A DNA stretch of 46,905 nucleotides, taken from NCBI GenBank assembly GCA_038128265.1, contig JAYPJE010000002.1, positions 48,754 to 95,658 of the forward strand, in the 5' to 3' direction. Every line of letters begins with the position of its first letter. Position 1 is the first letter of the stretch. The notes below the pieces were generated by a model. That model saw only the letters and a program-made list of their open reading frames with translations, had not been told where the DNA came from and made no database searches. Of this stretch, positions 27,970 to 36,892 are shown piece after piece. This DNA comes from Gemmatimonadota bacterium. Its GTDB lineage: Bacteria > Latescibacterota > UBA2968 > UBA8231. A program made the translations under genes and the position numbers.

Positions 27970-28745
27970 CGGGCGAGTTTGCCGGGCAGAATCTCGTAGT
28001 CCTGTTCGTCTGTCTCTACGCGCTCTACGCGGACCGTGTCCACCGCTGCTGTTCCTCCAACATCGAGCGAGTCGATGGCCAGAGGAGTCGCCTGCGCGCC
28101 GCGCTTCATATTGAGAAAAATAAAGTCGATCTCGCGCATGGATGCTTCCATTTGCTGGCTGAGAATCTGGCTAAACGCGGCGACGGTGTGCTTCATCTCG
28201 GGGAAGAAGACCTGCCGTTCCTCATCAAAGTCCTTTTGCCATATGACCAGCGCGTCCTCTTGGCGCACGAGTTCCATGCTGAGGGCGAGGTGTGCGGCCC
28301 AGACGTCCCCGCTGTCAAAACGCTCGAGCGCTTTGACCGTGCCGCTGAGGACGTAGTCAGGGCGACGATCGTAGAAATCGCGGTCATCGCCGATGTAGGT
28401 GAACAAGTCGGCTTGGCGCAGGTACTGCTGGATGGCATCGGTGAATAGGTCGCCCGGCCGCGTGATCCAGCTGTGCAGCGGATCGCGATGCAGTTCGTAT
28501 TCATCGCGGCGAAAGATGATCTCCATGCGGTTATAGGCGCGCTGTACGTCGAACGGTTTGACCTGAACCTGCACCGCGTAGGGGCGCTCGGAACTTTCGA
28601 GGCTGTTGCGCACCGGTTCGGCACTAAAGTCGTAGAACCGCCGCTGCGGTAGCTCGGCATTGCCGCCGAGAAATTGGCTACAGGCCGAGCACAGCGCGAC
28701 AAGAGCCAAGAGCGCAAGGTAGTTGCCCGATTTATTCACCGCCAC
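27966..28745 (-). CDS. PqiC/DUF330-type ABC auxiliary lipoprotein
   Basis: Lipobox CSAC after a hydrophobic stretch; Y-x-x-x-x-IIFR, W-x-x-x-P, YVLSG-x-V-x-x-LE. GTG 28745 follows GGAGGG. Confidence 0.75.
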   Translation of the reverse strand: MAVNKSGNYLALLALVALCSACSQFLGGNAELPQRRFYDFSAEPVRNSLESSERPYAVQVQVKPFDVQRAYNRMEIIFRRDEYELHRDPLHSWITRPGDLFTDAIQQYLRQADLFTYIGDDRDFYDRRPDYVLSGTVKALERFDSGDVWAAHLALSMELVRQEDALVIWQKDFDEERQVFFPEMKHTVAAFSQILSQQMEASMREIDFIFLNMKRGAQATPLAIDSLDVGGTAAVDTVRVERVETDEQDYEILPGKLAR

Positions 28746-29718
28746 CGCTGCGCCCTCCGCCGCGTATGAGCACGGCTGGATTTTCGCGAATAAGCTCGGT
28801 CGTCTCGCGAATGTTTTGCAAGGTTTCCTCCAGGTCTTGCATGGCGCGCAGCAGGTTCTGACGGCTGGCGCCAACGGTCTGGTCGATGCCGACAAACGTG
28901 CGGTCTATATTCTTGACCATAGTATCCATGCGCGCAATGAGCAAGGGCAGCGGGCCATCCATCTGCTGGCGCATGCCCTCCATCGTCAGGCTCAGGTCGT
29001 CGATGGATCGCTGCAGCTTAACCCCAGTTAGCAGGCCGTGCAGCGAATCCATCGTTGCGCTCATTTGCTGCGTCGTGGTGGCTAGATGTTGACTAGTCAA
29101 ATGGACCTGCACCATAGTGCTATCGAGCGCCGTGCGGTTGCCCTGCACCAGTTCGTTGGTCGTGTGCACCAGGTCGCCAGCATTGGAAAGGAGCCGGGTA
29201 AAAACGCGCTGATTCTCTCTGTTGAGCAAGGTGTTGAAGTTGTCGATCGACTGTTCTACTTTGACGCTGAGGGCTTCGGCGCGCTCCTGCAAATTGCTGA
29301 AGAAGGTTTCACTGGCACGAATGCGCGAGCCGGACGGAAGAAGTTCGGCACCGTTGCTGCCGCCAAAGAGCTCTATATACTTGAGGCCGGTTATGCCCAG
29401 GGAGGCCATACGAGCTTCGGTGTCGACGCGGATGGCATTTTCGGCGCTCTGGCGCTCGACGGATATTTCTACGACGACCGTGCTTACGTCGTCCGCCGAT
29501 ATATAGATGTCCTCTATGCGCCCCACGTTAAATCCGAGGTATTTAACGGCGGCTCCCTTGTTGAGTCCGCTTACCGGCATGCCGGAAAACTCGATAGTGT
29601 ATGTATCGCGCTTGCCCAGCAGCTGCGTGCCGATTACGGTAATCAAGAAAAGGCCCAGCACCGAGGTGGCGACGATAAAGAAGAGCGCAAGCCGTGTTTT
29701 TTGTGCCCTAGTGGCCAT
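28732..29718 (-). CDS. mlaD: MlaD/MCE-domain protein with long C-terminal helical region
   Basis: N-terminal TM helix, VSGL-x-x-GAAVKYLGFNVGRI, GITGLKYIEL; helical tail ending IRENPAVLIRG. Confidence 0.9.
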   Translation of the reverse strand: MATRAQKTRLALFFIVATSVLGLFLITVIGTQLLGKRDTYTIEFSGMPVSGLNKGAAVKYLGFNVGRIEDIYISADDVSTVVVEISVERQSAENAIRVDTEARMASLGITGLKYIELFGGSNGAELLPSGSRIRASETFFSNLQERAEALSVKVEQSIDNFNTLLNRENQRVFTRLLSNAGDLVHTTNELVQGNRTALDSTMVQVHLTSQHLATTTQQMSATMDSLHGLLTGVKLQRSIDDLSLTMEGMRQQMDGPLPLLIARMDTMVKNIDRTFVGIDQTVGASRQNLLRAMQDLEETLQNIRETTELIRENPAVLIRGGGRSGGGE

Positions 29719-29831
29719 GGATGTGTTCTTTGATAGATGGCGAAGAAGCGAAAAGGGCCCCGTAGTGCGTTGGGGGAATATGGGTATTGCACCGATCTTA
29801 TGCAAGCGATACGGGATGGTGCTGAGAGGGG

Positions 29832-30707
29832 TTACAGAGCGGGTAAAATGGCGCGCACGGCCGCTGGTGCCACTTCGAGTACGAGAGGCGTTTGCCCGCA
29901 GTATTCGCCGTCGGCAAAGAGCAGGCGGCCGGCCTCGCCGCCGATTTCTAAAAAATGGGTGCGTTCAACGCGCACGGCGGGATGGCGAATGTGCCGACCG
30001 CTAAAGACCTGCGGAAGCAGTGCGAGAGCTTGTAGATAGGAGAGCGGTTCGACGATGCATACGTCAAAGAGGGCGTCGTGCGGCGTGGCGTGCGGTGCGA
30101 TGCACATGCCGCCGCCGTAGGAGCGCGTATTGCCGCTGGCTACCAAAAAGACCGGTTGTTCCAACTGGCCAAAGGCGCCGCGCAGCTGGGCGATGGGGGG
30201 CTGGTAGTGGCGCAGATGGCGCAGCGATTGCGCAATATAGCCCGGCGTGCCGCTAAAGGGGGCCCGTCCGGCGGCCATGGCAGCGCTGACCTCTGCGTCA
30301 AAGCCAAAGGCGGCAACGGTTGAGAAGTAGCGGTCGCCCATGCGGCCCAGATCGATGGGTGTCGACTGTCCCTCCACTAGGCAGCGCACCGCGCGCCTCA
30401 GATCGAGCGGTATGCCTAGCGCGCGGGCCAAATCGTTGGCAGTGCCAAATGGAAGCAGGCCCAGCGCGGTAGTTTGGCCGACGAGTGCGGGGAGCGCTTC
30501 CCCAACGGTGCCATCGCCGCCGCAAACGGCGAGTATGGGGACCTCTTCGGAAACGGCCTGTTCGGCGATCTGTCTACCGTGTCCTTTTTGGTGCGTATAG
30601 TGTAGTTCGATCGACTGGCCATGGTCCTGCAGCAGGAGTGCGGCCTGTTCGGCGAAGCGGCGTGCGCGGCCACTGCCGGCGGTGGGATTGGCGAGAATCC
30701 AAATCAT
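29832..30707 (-). CDS. Diacylglycerol/lipid kinase, YegS/DgkB family
   Basis: NPTAGSG, CGGDGT, PFGTANDLAR, GFDA, YGGG, ADGE. Start ATG 30707. Confidence 0.92.
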   Translation of the reverse strand: MIWILANPTAGSGRARRFAEQAALLLQDHGQSIELHYTHQKGHGRQIAEQAVSEEVPILAVCGGDGTVGEALPALVGQTTALGLLPFGTANDLARALGIPLDLRRAVRCLVEGQSTPIDLGRMGDRYFSTVAAFGFDAEVSAAMAAGRAPFSGTPGYIAQSLRHLRHYQPPIAQLRGAFGQLEQPVFLVASGNTRSYGGGMCIAPHATPHDALFDVCIVEPLSYLQALALLPQVFSGRHIRHPAVRVERTHFLEIGGEAGRLLFADGEYCGQTPLVLEVAPAAVRAILPAL

Positions 30708-31038
30708 GGATGGGGCGACGATTATGCGTCCGTATAGGAGGCAATGAGACAGTTGTGAGCTTGGCAATGATACGGATAAATGCGCGGATTGCCTACTGCA
30801 AGGACGGTCTGTTGTATGGGTAAAGAGTCCGTGGGAAAGGGTTCCAAGCGGCGCGATGCCCTGCGCGAGCACATCGCCCACCCCTATATAACGGGGCAGC
30901 ATTTGCAGCCGCCGCCCCGTGCGCAAGAGGAGCGTCGGGCCGAACGCGAACCCGAAGATCGAGACGATGGTAAAACTTGTAAGCCAAAGGACTAACGCCT
31001 ATATTTACAAGTTCAATTTTAGAATGGAGTTATGTGAT

Positions 31039-31077
31039 TATTCCACCTCCGCCCAGGCGCGTGGTGGAATATATTTT
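31039..31077 (+). promoter_or_regulatory. Inverted repeat with T-rich tail just upstream of the fatty acyl-CoA reductase gene
   Basis: TATTCCACC (31039-31047) and GGTGGAATA (31063-31071), followed by TATTTT. Confidence 0.4.
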
Positions 31078-31086
31078 TAACGCCCT

Positions 31087-32721
31087 ATGATACGAGAATT
31101 TTACGCGGGACGGACCGTTCTACTGACCGGCGGTACGGGTTTTTATGGCCAAGGTTTGTTGGCCAAAATAATGCGCTCTCTGCCCGAAATCGAGCGCGTC
31201 TATGTTCCGATTCGCAGCGGGCGGGACAAAAACGGCGAGCGGGTGGGTGTCGAAGAACGCCTGCGCGCGTTGCTCGACCAAGCTGCCGTATTTGATCGCT
31301 TTCGCCGCGAAGACCCACAGGGGTTTGCCGACGCGGCACAAAAGGTCGTGGCCATTGAATGCGATATGCTCAAGCCGGGTCTTGGCCTTGCCGAGGATGT
31401 TCGCACGCGGCTGCTGGAAGAGCTGGATGTTTTGGTCAGCTGTGCGGCCACCGTTTCTTTTGACGATCCGCTCGATCACTCGCTGCAGCTCAATACGCTG
31501 GGGCCGCGCGAAATGCTGGAGTTGGCGCGTGCCTGCCACAAAGATCCCGTTCTCGTACACGTATCGACGGCCTACGTCAACGGGCGACGCGGCGGCCTCA
31601 TAGCAGAAGAGCCGCTGCCGTACGATCGCGACATACTACAGCTCATGGACGGCGGCCAGCCGCAGCATCCCTTCGACGTCGAGGCGGAAATCGCAGACGG
31701 ACTGGCGCGCTGCGAGCAAATACGCGCCCGCGCTGAGAGTGCCGAGCAGGAGGCGGCATTTCGCCGCGAGATCGTCGAGCAGAGCCGCTCGAGTGAGCTC
31801 TCCGAGGCGCGTCTTTCCAGGCTGATGGAGGGCCATCGGAAGCGCTGGATAGAGGCCGAATTGGTACGCGAGGGCATGCAGCGCGCGCACGCGCACGGCT
31901 GGAATGACGTCTACACGTACACCAAGGGCATGGGCGAGCAGCTGCTGGTGAAAAACCGCGATCGGGTGCGGCTGGTCATCGTGCGCCCAGCGGTTACGGA
32001 GAGCAGCCTGAGTGATCCCGAGCCGGGCTGGATTCACGGCCTCAAGGTTACCGATCCGCTCGTCGTAGCCTACGGTCGCGGCCTGGTGCCCGACTTTCCA
32101 GCGCGCCGCGGAGCGCCGATGGACCTGGTTCCCATTGATATTGTCATTAACTCGATTATCTTGGCGCCGACCCAAGCGGATGCTGGGCGCGTGCGCGTGT
32201 TTCACGCCGCCACCAGCGGTGAAAATCCGCTCTACAACACCAAGATGTTCGAGTATGTAAAGGGCTATTTTACCGCCAATCCGCTGCTGAGTAAGGACGG
32301 CTCGCAGCCCGAGCTGGTCGAATGGTCTTTTCCCAGCGTAGCGACTTTTCGTCGCGTATTTCGCTGGCGCTATATGTATCCGCTCGAAATGCGCCAGTGG
32401 CTATTGGACAAGCTGCCGCAGGGGGCTGATGCCAACAAGAAAAAGCGCCGTTTGGCCGCCATCAGAGCGCGCCTCAAGCGCGTGCTCTATTTCGTCGACC
32501 TATTCAGTCCCTACACGACGCTGGACTGTCGATTCCAAATGGGGGAAATGCTCAAGCTCTACGAATCGCTGTCGCCCGAAGAACGCGAAGTGTTTAACGT
32601 CGATGTGCGTCGAATTGACTGGGAACAGTATTACCAGCACACGCATTTGCCCGGACTGCGCCGTCACGTGCTTAAAGGCGAAGCCGGTGGCGACCCGGTA
32701 TTTGCCGAAGTGGACGCGTGA
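31087..32721 (+). CDS. Fatty acyl-CoA reductase (NAD_binding_4 plus sterile-like C-terminal domain)
   Basis: LTGGTGFYG, HVSTAYVNG, GWNDVYTYTK (YxxxK), IVRP, EPGW, DLVPIDIV, IDWEQY...GLRRHVLK. Confidence 0.88.
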   Translation: MIREFYAGRTVLLTGGTGFYGQGLLAKIMRSLPEIERVYVPIRSGRDKNGERVGVEERLRALLDQAAVFDRFRREDPQGFADAAQKVVAIECDMLKPGLGLAEDVRTRLLEELDVLVSCAATVSFDDPLDHSLQLNTLGPREMLELARACHKDPVLVHVSTAYVNGRRGGLIAEEPLPYDRDILQLMDGGQPQHPFDVEAEIADGLARCEQIRARAESAEQEAAFRREIVEQSRSSELSEARLSRLMEGHRKRWIEAELVREGMQRAHAHGWNDVYTYTKGMGEQLLVKNRDRVRLVIVRPAVTESSLSDPEPGWIHGLKVTDPLVVAYGRGLVPDFPARRGAPMDLVPIDIVINSIILAPTQADAGRVRVFHAATSGENPLYNTKMFEYVKGYFTANPLLSKDGSQPELVEWSFPSVATFRRVFRWRYMYPLEMRQWLLDKLPQGADANKKKRRLAAIRARLKRVLYFVDLFSPYTTLDCRFQMGEMLKLYESLSPEEREVFNVDVRRIDWEQYYQHTHLPGLRRHVLKGEAGGDPVFAEVDA

Positions 32722-32770
32722 TGGTGCAGCGCGCGGCATGCAGATTGCCCCTGCGCTAGGCCCCTAGAGT

Positions 32771-33556
32771 ATGTATCCCTATCTCCTACAAATTGGCCCA
32801 ATTACTATTGCCAGCTTTGGCTTGATGGTCGCGTTGGGTTTCCTCGCTGCCCTGCAGGTGCTCAGCAGGGAACTGCAGCGCAGAGAGGTGACAGATGCAG
32901 CCGATTTGGCCTCTTCGATTATTACCACGGCTATGATCGGTGGGTTGATAGGCGCAAAGCTCTATTTCGTCCTGTTTGAGACGCCGCCCAACTTAGAGTG
33001 GGGCGAGCTGTTCGACCTCGTGTTTTCAGGCTATGGCTTAACCTGGTACGGCGGCTTTATCGTTGCCACGGCAGCCGTTATCTGGCAGATGCGCCGGCGC
33101 GCGGTTCCCGTGCTGCAGGTGGCCGATGCCGCTGGCATGGCCCTGGCGCTGGGATATGCAATTGGCCGTATTGGCTGCCAGTTGGCAGGCGATGGCGACT
33201 ACGGCGCACCAACGGATCTGCCGTGGGGTATGGCCTATCCCAACGGCGTCGTGCCCACTCTGGAGAAGGTGCACCCCGCGCCGGTATACGAGACGGTGGC
33301 TCACCTAGCCATTTTTGCAATTCTGTGGAAAACGCGTGAAACGATCGGCCCGCCGGGCCTGAGTTTTTGCGCATACCTAGTCCTATCGGGGATGGCGCGC
33401 TTCAGCGTAGAAACCATTCGCATCAATCCGCGCGTTCTGTGGGGACTCAGCGAAGCACAGCTTATTAGTGTGGCAATGATCGCCGTAGGGGGTGCCTGTG
33501 CATGGTGGGTGCTGCGCGCTGAAACAACGAGACGTCGGGAGGTCAAAAGTGAGTGA
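32771..33556 (+). CDS. lgt: Prolipoprotein diacylglyceryl transferase
   Basis: [25 protein letters not shown]-x-IR. Confidence 0.88.
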   Translation: MYPYLLQIGPITIASFGLMVALGFLAALQVLSRELQRREVTDAADLASSIITTAMIGGLIGAKLYFVLFETPPNLEWGELFDLVFSGYGLTWYGGFIVATAAVIWQMRRRAVPVLQVADAAGMALALGYAIGRIGCQLAGDGDYGAPTDLPWGMAYPNGVVPTLEKVHPAPVYETVAHLAIFAILWKTRETIGPPGLSFCAYLVLSGMARFSVETIRINPRVLWGLSEAQLISVAMIAVGGACAWWVLRAETTRRREVKSE

Positions 33557-35015
33557 GGCCGTGCGCTATCCGCGCGTATCTAGCTTTAAAAGTGCAGCAT
33601 CGTTTCGCGCCCATTTGGAGTCCATTGGTGCGGAAATGGGCTGCGATGATGAAATACTCAAGGCGCCCGACTCGCCGCTGGCGCAGCCTTATGTGCTGGG
33701 GCCAATGACCGTGGGCAATCGCTTTTGCATTCAGCCTATGGAGGGATGGGACGGCACGCCAGACGGCCTGCCCAGCGAGTTGACCCGCCGCCGCTGGCGC
33801 AACTTTGGGCTGAGCGGTGCTAAACTTATTTGGGGCGGTGAGGCCTTTGCCGTCGTCCCTGAAGGGCGCGCCAACCCCAACCAGTTGCTGGCCCGTTCCG
33901 AGACCCAGGGGGCCATGGCCGAACTGCGCGAAATACTGCTGGCTGCACACGGCGAGGCGATGGGGGGCTGCGAAGATCTGCTGCTGGGTCTGCAGCTGAC
34001 CCATTCCGGTCGTTTTTGTCGCCCGTTTCGCAAAGATCGCATGGAGCCGGCCATACTCTATCGCCATCCGTTGCTGGACGGCAAATTCGGCCTCGATGCG
34101 GACTATCCGCTGATGGAAGACAGCTACATAGACGATCTGATAGCACACTATATACGGGCTGCCAAACTGGCCTGGGATGTCGGTTACCAATTTGTCGACG
34201 TCAAGCACTGCCATGGCTACCTCGGGCACGAGTTCCTCAGCGCATACACGAGGCCGGGGCCCTATGGTGGCTCGTTTGAAAACCGCACGCGCTTTGCCCG
34301 AGCCATTATCGAAGGCATCCGCAGCGAAGCGCCCGGACTGCAGGTCGGTGTGCGCTTGAGCGCCTTTGACTTTGTTCCGTTTCGTCCCGATCCAGACGGG
34401 GGCGACGAGCGGCGCATGGGCGCAGGCATTCCCGAGCCGCACGCGGCGTTGCTGCCCTATGAATACGGCTTTGGTCTCGATCCGACCGATCCGCTGCGCA
34501 TTGATCTGGGCGAAGCCCTGCGCTTTATCGAGATGCTGAGCGATTTGGACGTGCAGCTGATCAATATCTCCTGTGGAAGTCCCTACTACAATCCGCACAT
34601 TCAGCGGCCGGCGCTCTTTCCGCCTTCGGATGGCTACCAGCCGCCGGAAGACCCTCTCGTTGGAGTCGCGCGCCAGCTCGATGTCGTCGCGCAGATCAAG
34701 GCGCGCTTTCCACACCTGGCCGTCGTTGGTTCGGGATACTCCTACTTGCAGGAATTTCTGCCGCACGTAGCCCAGCACTGCGTGCGCAGCGGCAACGTCG
34801 ACTTTCCCGGGCTGGGACGGATGGTGCTTTCCTATCCTGAGCTGCCGCGCGACGTATTGGGTGAAGGCAAGATGGCGCGCAAGTTGATTTGCCGAACCTT
34901 TAGCGACTGCACGACGGCCCCGCGCAACGGCATGGTCTCGGGCTGCTTCCCGCTCGACAGTTTCTACAAAGAGCGCGAAGAAGCGAAGACATTAAAGGGA
35001 CTCAAGGCGAGTTAA
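33549..35015 (+). CDS. NADH:flavin oxidoreductase (old yellow enzyme superfamily)
   Basis: [24 protein letters not shown]-x-[23 protein letters not shown] 33549 follows GGAGG. Confidence 0.88.
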   Translation: MSEAVRYPRVSSFKSAASFRAHLESIGAEMGCDDEILKAPDSPLAQPYVLGPMTVGNRFCIQPMEGWDGTPDGLPSELTRRRWRNFGLSGAKLIWGGEAFAVVPEGRANPNQLLARSETQGAMAELREILLAAHGEAMGGCEDLLLGLQLTHSGRFCRPFRKDRMEPAILYRHPLLDGKFGLDADYPLMEDSYIDDLIAHYIRAAKLAWDVGYQFVDVKHCHGYLGHEFLSAYTRPGPYGGSFENRTRFARAIIEGIRSEAPGLQVGVRLSAFDFVPFRPDPDGGDERRMGAGIPEPHAALLPYEYGFGLDPTDPLRIDLGEALRFIEMLSDLDVQLINISCGSPYYNPHIQRPALFPPSDGYQPPEDPLVGVARQLDVVAQIKARFPHLAVVGSGYSYLQEFLPHVAQHCVRSGNVDFPGLGRMVLSYPELPRDVLGEGKMARKLICRTFSDCTTAPRNGMVSGCFPLDSFYKEREEAKTLKGLKAS

Positions 35016-35016
35016 T

Positions 35017-35748
35017 ATGGTCGATCAGATGGATTCGGTCGCCATTGTAACAGGGGCTGGAACGGGCATCGGCCGCGCCGTTGCGCACGCCTTTGTCGGG
35101 GCGGGCATGCGCGTCGCTCTGTGGGGGCGTCGGTTGGATAGGCTGGAAGAAGCGGCGCACGATCTGGATCCACAGCGCGTTTCTGTGACAGTCTGTGATG
35201 TGGGCGATCGCGCCCAGGTGCAAACGGCAGTAGACGCCGTTCAATCCCAGTGGGACACCATTGACGTGCTCGTCAACAACGCGGGTATCAATACAAACCC
35301 TCGCTCGATTGCCGAGGTCGATCCGGCCGATTGGGATCGCACGGTCTCTACTAATCTGACGGGTGTGTTCAACGCTACGCGCGCCGTCCTGCCCGCTATG
35401 CGCGCGCAGCGCGCAGGCATCGTGATCAACGTCGCTTCAATTGCTGGGCTGCGCGCTAGCCAAGTGGCCGGAGCGGCCTATTCGGCCACCAAGCACGGCG
35501 TGGTTTCTCTGAGCAATTCGCTTAACGACGAGCAGGTCGAGTACGGCATACGCGCCTGTGCCCTTTGCCCGGGTGAAGTGGAGACGCCGATTCTCGAACA
35601 GCGCGTAGAGAAGGTGAGCGCTGAACGGCGCGCGTCCATGCTGCAGCCTCAGGACGTCGCCGATGCCGCGCTCTTTGTCGCTCGCCTGCCGCCGCGCGCC
35701 TGCGTGCCGCTGCTCGTCATAAAGCCCACGGTCCAGCGCTTTCACTAG
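35017..35748 (+). CDS. SDR-family oxidoreductase
   Basis: TGAGTGIG, NNAG, INVAS, YSATK, PGEVET. Confidence 0.93.
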   Translation: MVDQMDSVAIVTGAGTGIGRAVAHAFVGAGMRVALWGRRLDRLEEAAHDLDPQRVSVTVCDVGDRAQVQTAVDAVQSQWDTIDVLVNNAGINTNPRSIAEVDPADWDRTVSTNLTGVFNATRAVLPAMRAQRAGIVINVASIAGLRASQVAGAAYSATKHGVVSLSNSLNDEQVEYGIRACALCPGEVETPILEQRVEKVSAERRASMLQPQDVADAALFVARLPPRACVPLLVIKPTVQRFH

Positions 35749-35781
35749 CGCTGCCATCAGATGGACGAGCGTGCGAACCCG

Positions 35782-36891
35782 TCACGAGAGTCCCTTCAGC
35801 CCGTGACCCGATAGAACGGCAACCAGCACAGCGTCTGCTGGCACGCTATTATGTCGGCAATAAGATCGCATGCCCTGCCACACGACGGCCGACGTCGGCT
35901 CAACGCAGATACCGCCCCTGCCAAACTGGCGCAGGCCCTTTTCTATATCGGATTCCTCAACCGTTACGACGCTTCCATCCGTTTTGCGCAGCGCATGGAG
36001 TAGCGCCCGTCCCCGCACGGGTTTGGGCAGGGCGATGCCCTCGGCGCGGGTCGGTTGGGGGGCCGGACATGCAGCGACTTCGTCCGTTTTTGCCTGCCAA
36101 GCCGCATGCAGTGGCGCAACATGAGCTGCCTGCACGGCCACTAGCCGAGGCATGCGCTCTATACTACCGGCTGCCAGCAGGCGAGAAAAGCCGGCATGCA
36201 GGCCGAGTAAAATGCTGCCGGCCCCAACCGGGCAGAATACGATGTCGGGTGCTTGCCATTCCAGCTGTTCGGCAATTTCGAATGCCAGCGTTTGCACACC
36301 ATAAATGAAGAGGGGAGTCCACAGGTGTGAAGCGTACAGGGCGTCGTTCGCTTCTATATACTCGAGCAGCGCGCGCGTGGCCTGGGGGCGCGGTCCGTCG
36401 ATCGGAGCCAACTCCGCCCCGTAGCGGCTGATTTGGGCGAGCTTGGCCGGGGACGCGGACGACGGGCAGAATACCTTTAGCTCAATGCCGGCGCGCGCGG
36501 CATAGGCGGCTATCGAGGCCCCGGCATTGCCGGAGGAGTCCTCGACTGCCCGGCGCACGCCGTGGCGCTGTAGAAAGTTCATCATCAGCGCAGCGCCTCG
36601 GTCTTTGTACGAGCCCGTCGGCTGGGCGTAGTCGCACTTTAATAACACGCGCCGATCGTCTAGGGTAAATGGGACAAGGGGAGACATGACCTCGCCCAGC
36701 GTTAATTCGCCGGCCCACTCGGGCAAGGCCTCGGCGTAGCGCCAGGGGGTCGGTGGGCGCTCGGCTATGCGCTCCCTTGGGAAGGTCGCCGCAGCCGGTT
36801 CGCATTCGAGAGGTCCGCTGCACGACGGGCAGCGGTAGTGTTCCAATGGGTCGATGGCTGGCGTGCTGCACGTCGGGCAAAAAAAGCGCAT
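35782..36891 (-). CDS. Threonine synthase-like PLP-dependent enzyme (fold type II)
   Basis: N-terminal CxxC...CxxC, PTGSYKDRG, SSGNAGAS, PVGAGS, VEPTS, SGHGLK. Confidence 0.82.
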   Translation of the reverse strand: MRFFCPTCSTPAIDPLEHYRCPSCSGPLECEPAAATFPRERIAERPPTPWRYAEALPEWAGELTLGEVMSPLVPFTLDDRRVLLKCDYAQPTGSYKDRGAALMMNFLQRHGVRRAVEDSSGNAGASIAAYAARAGIELKVFCPSSASPAKLAQISRYGAELAPIDGPRPQATRALLEYIEANDALYASHLWTPLFIYGVQTLAFEIAEQLEWQAPDIVFCPVGAGSILLGLHAGFSRLLAAGSIERMPRLVAVQAAHVAPLHAAWQAKTDEVAACPAPQPTRAEGIALPKPVRGRALLHALRKTDGSVVTVEESDIEKGLRQFGRGGICVEPTSAVVWQGMRSYCRHNSVPADAVLVAVLSGHGLKGLS

Positions 36892-36892
36892 A

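Noticed and set aside
33543..34778. 411-aa minus-strand ORF, and similar long antisense ORFs at 459-1226, 2685-3545, 12570-13355 and 25340-26203
   Set aside because: These are shadow ORFs opposite well-supported genes in GC-rich DNA and carry no motifs.
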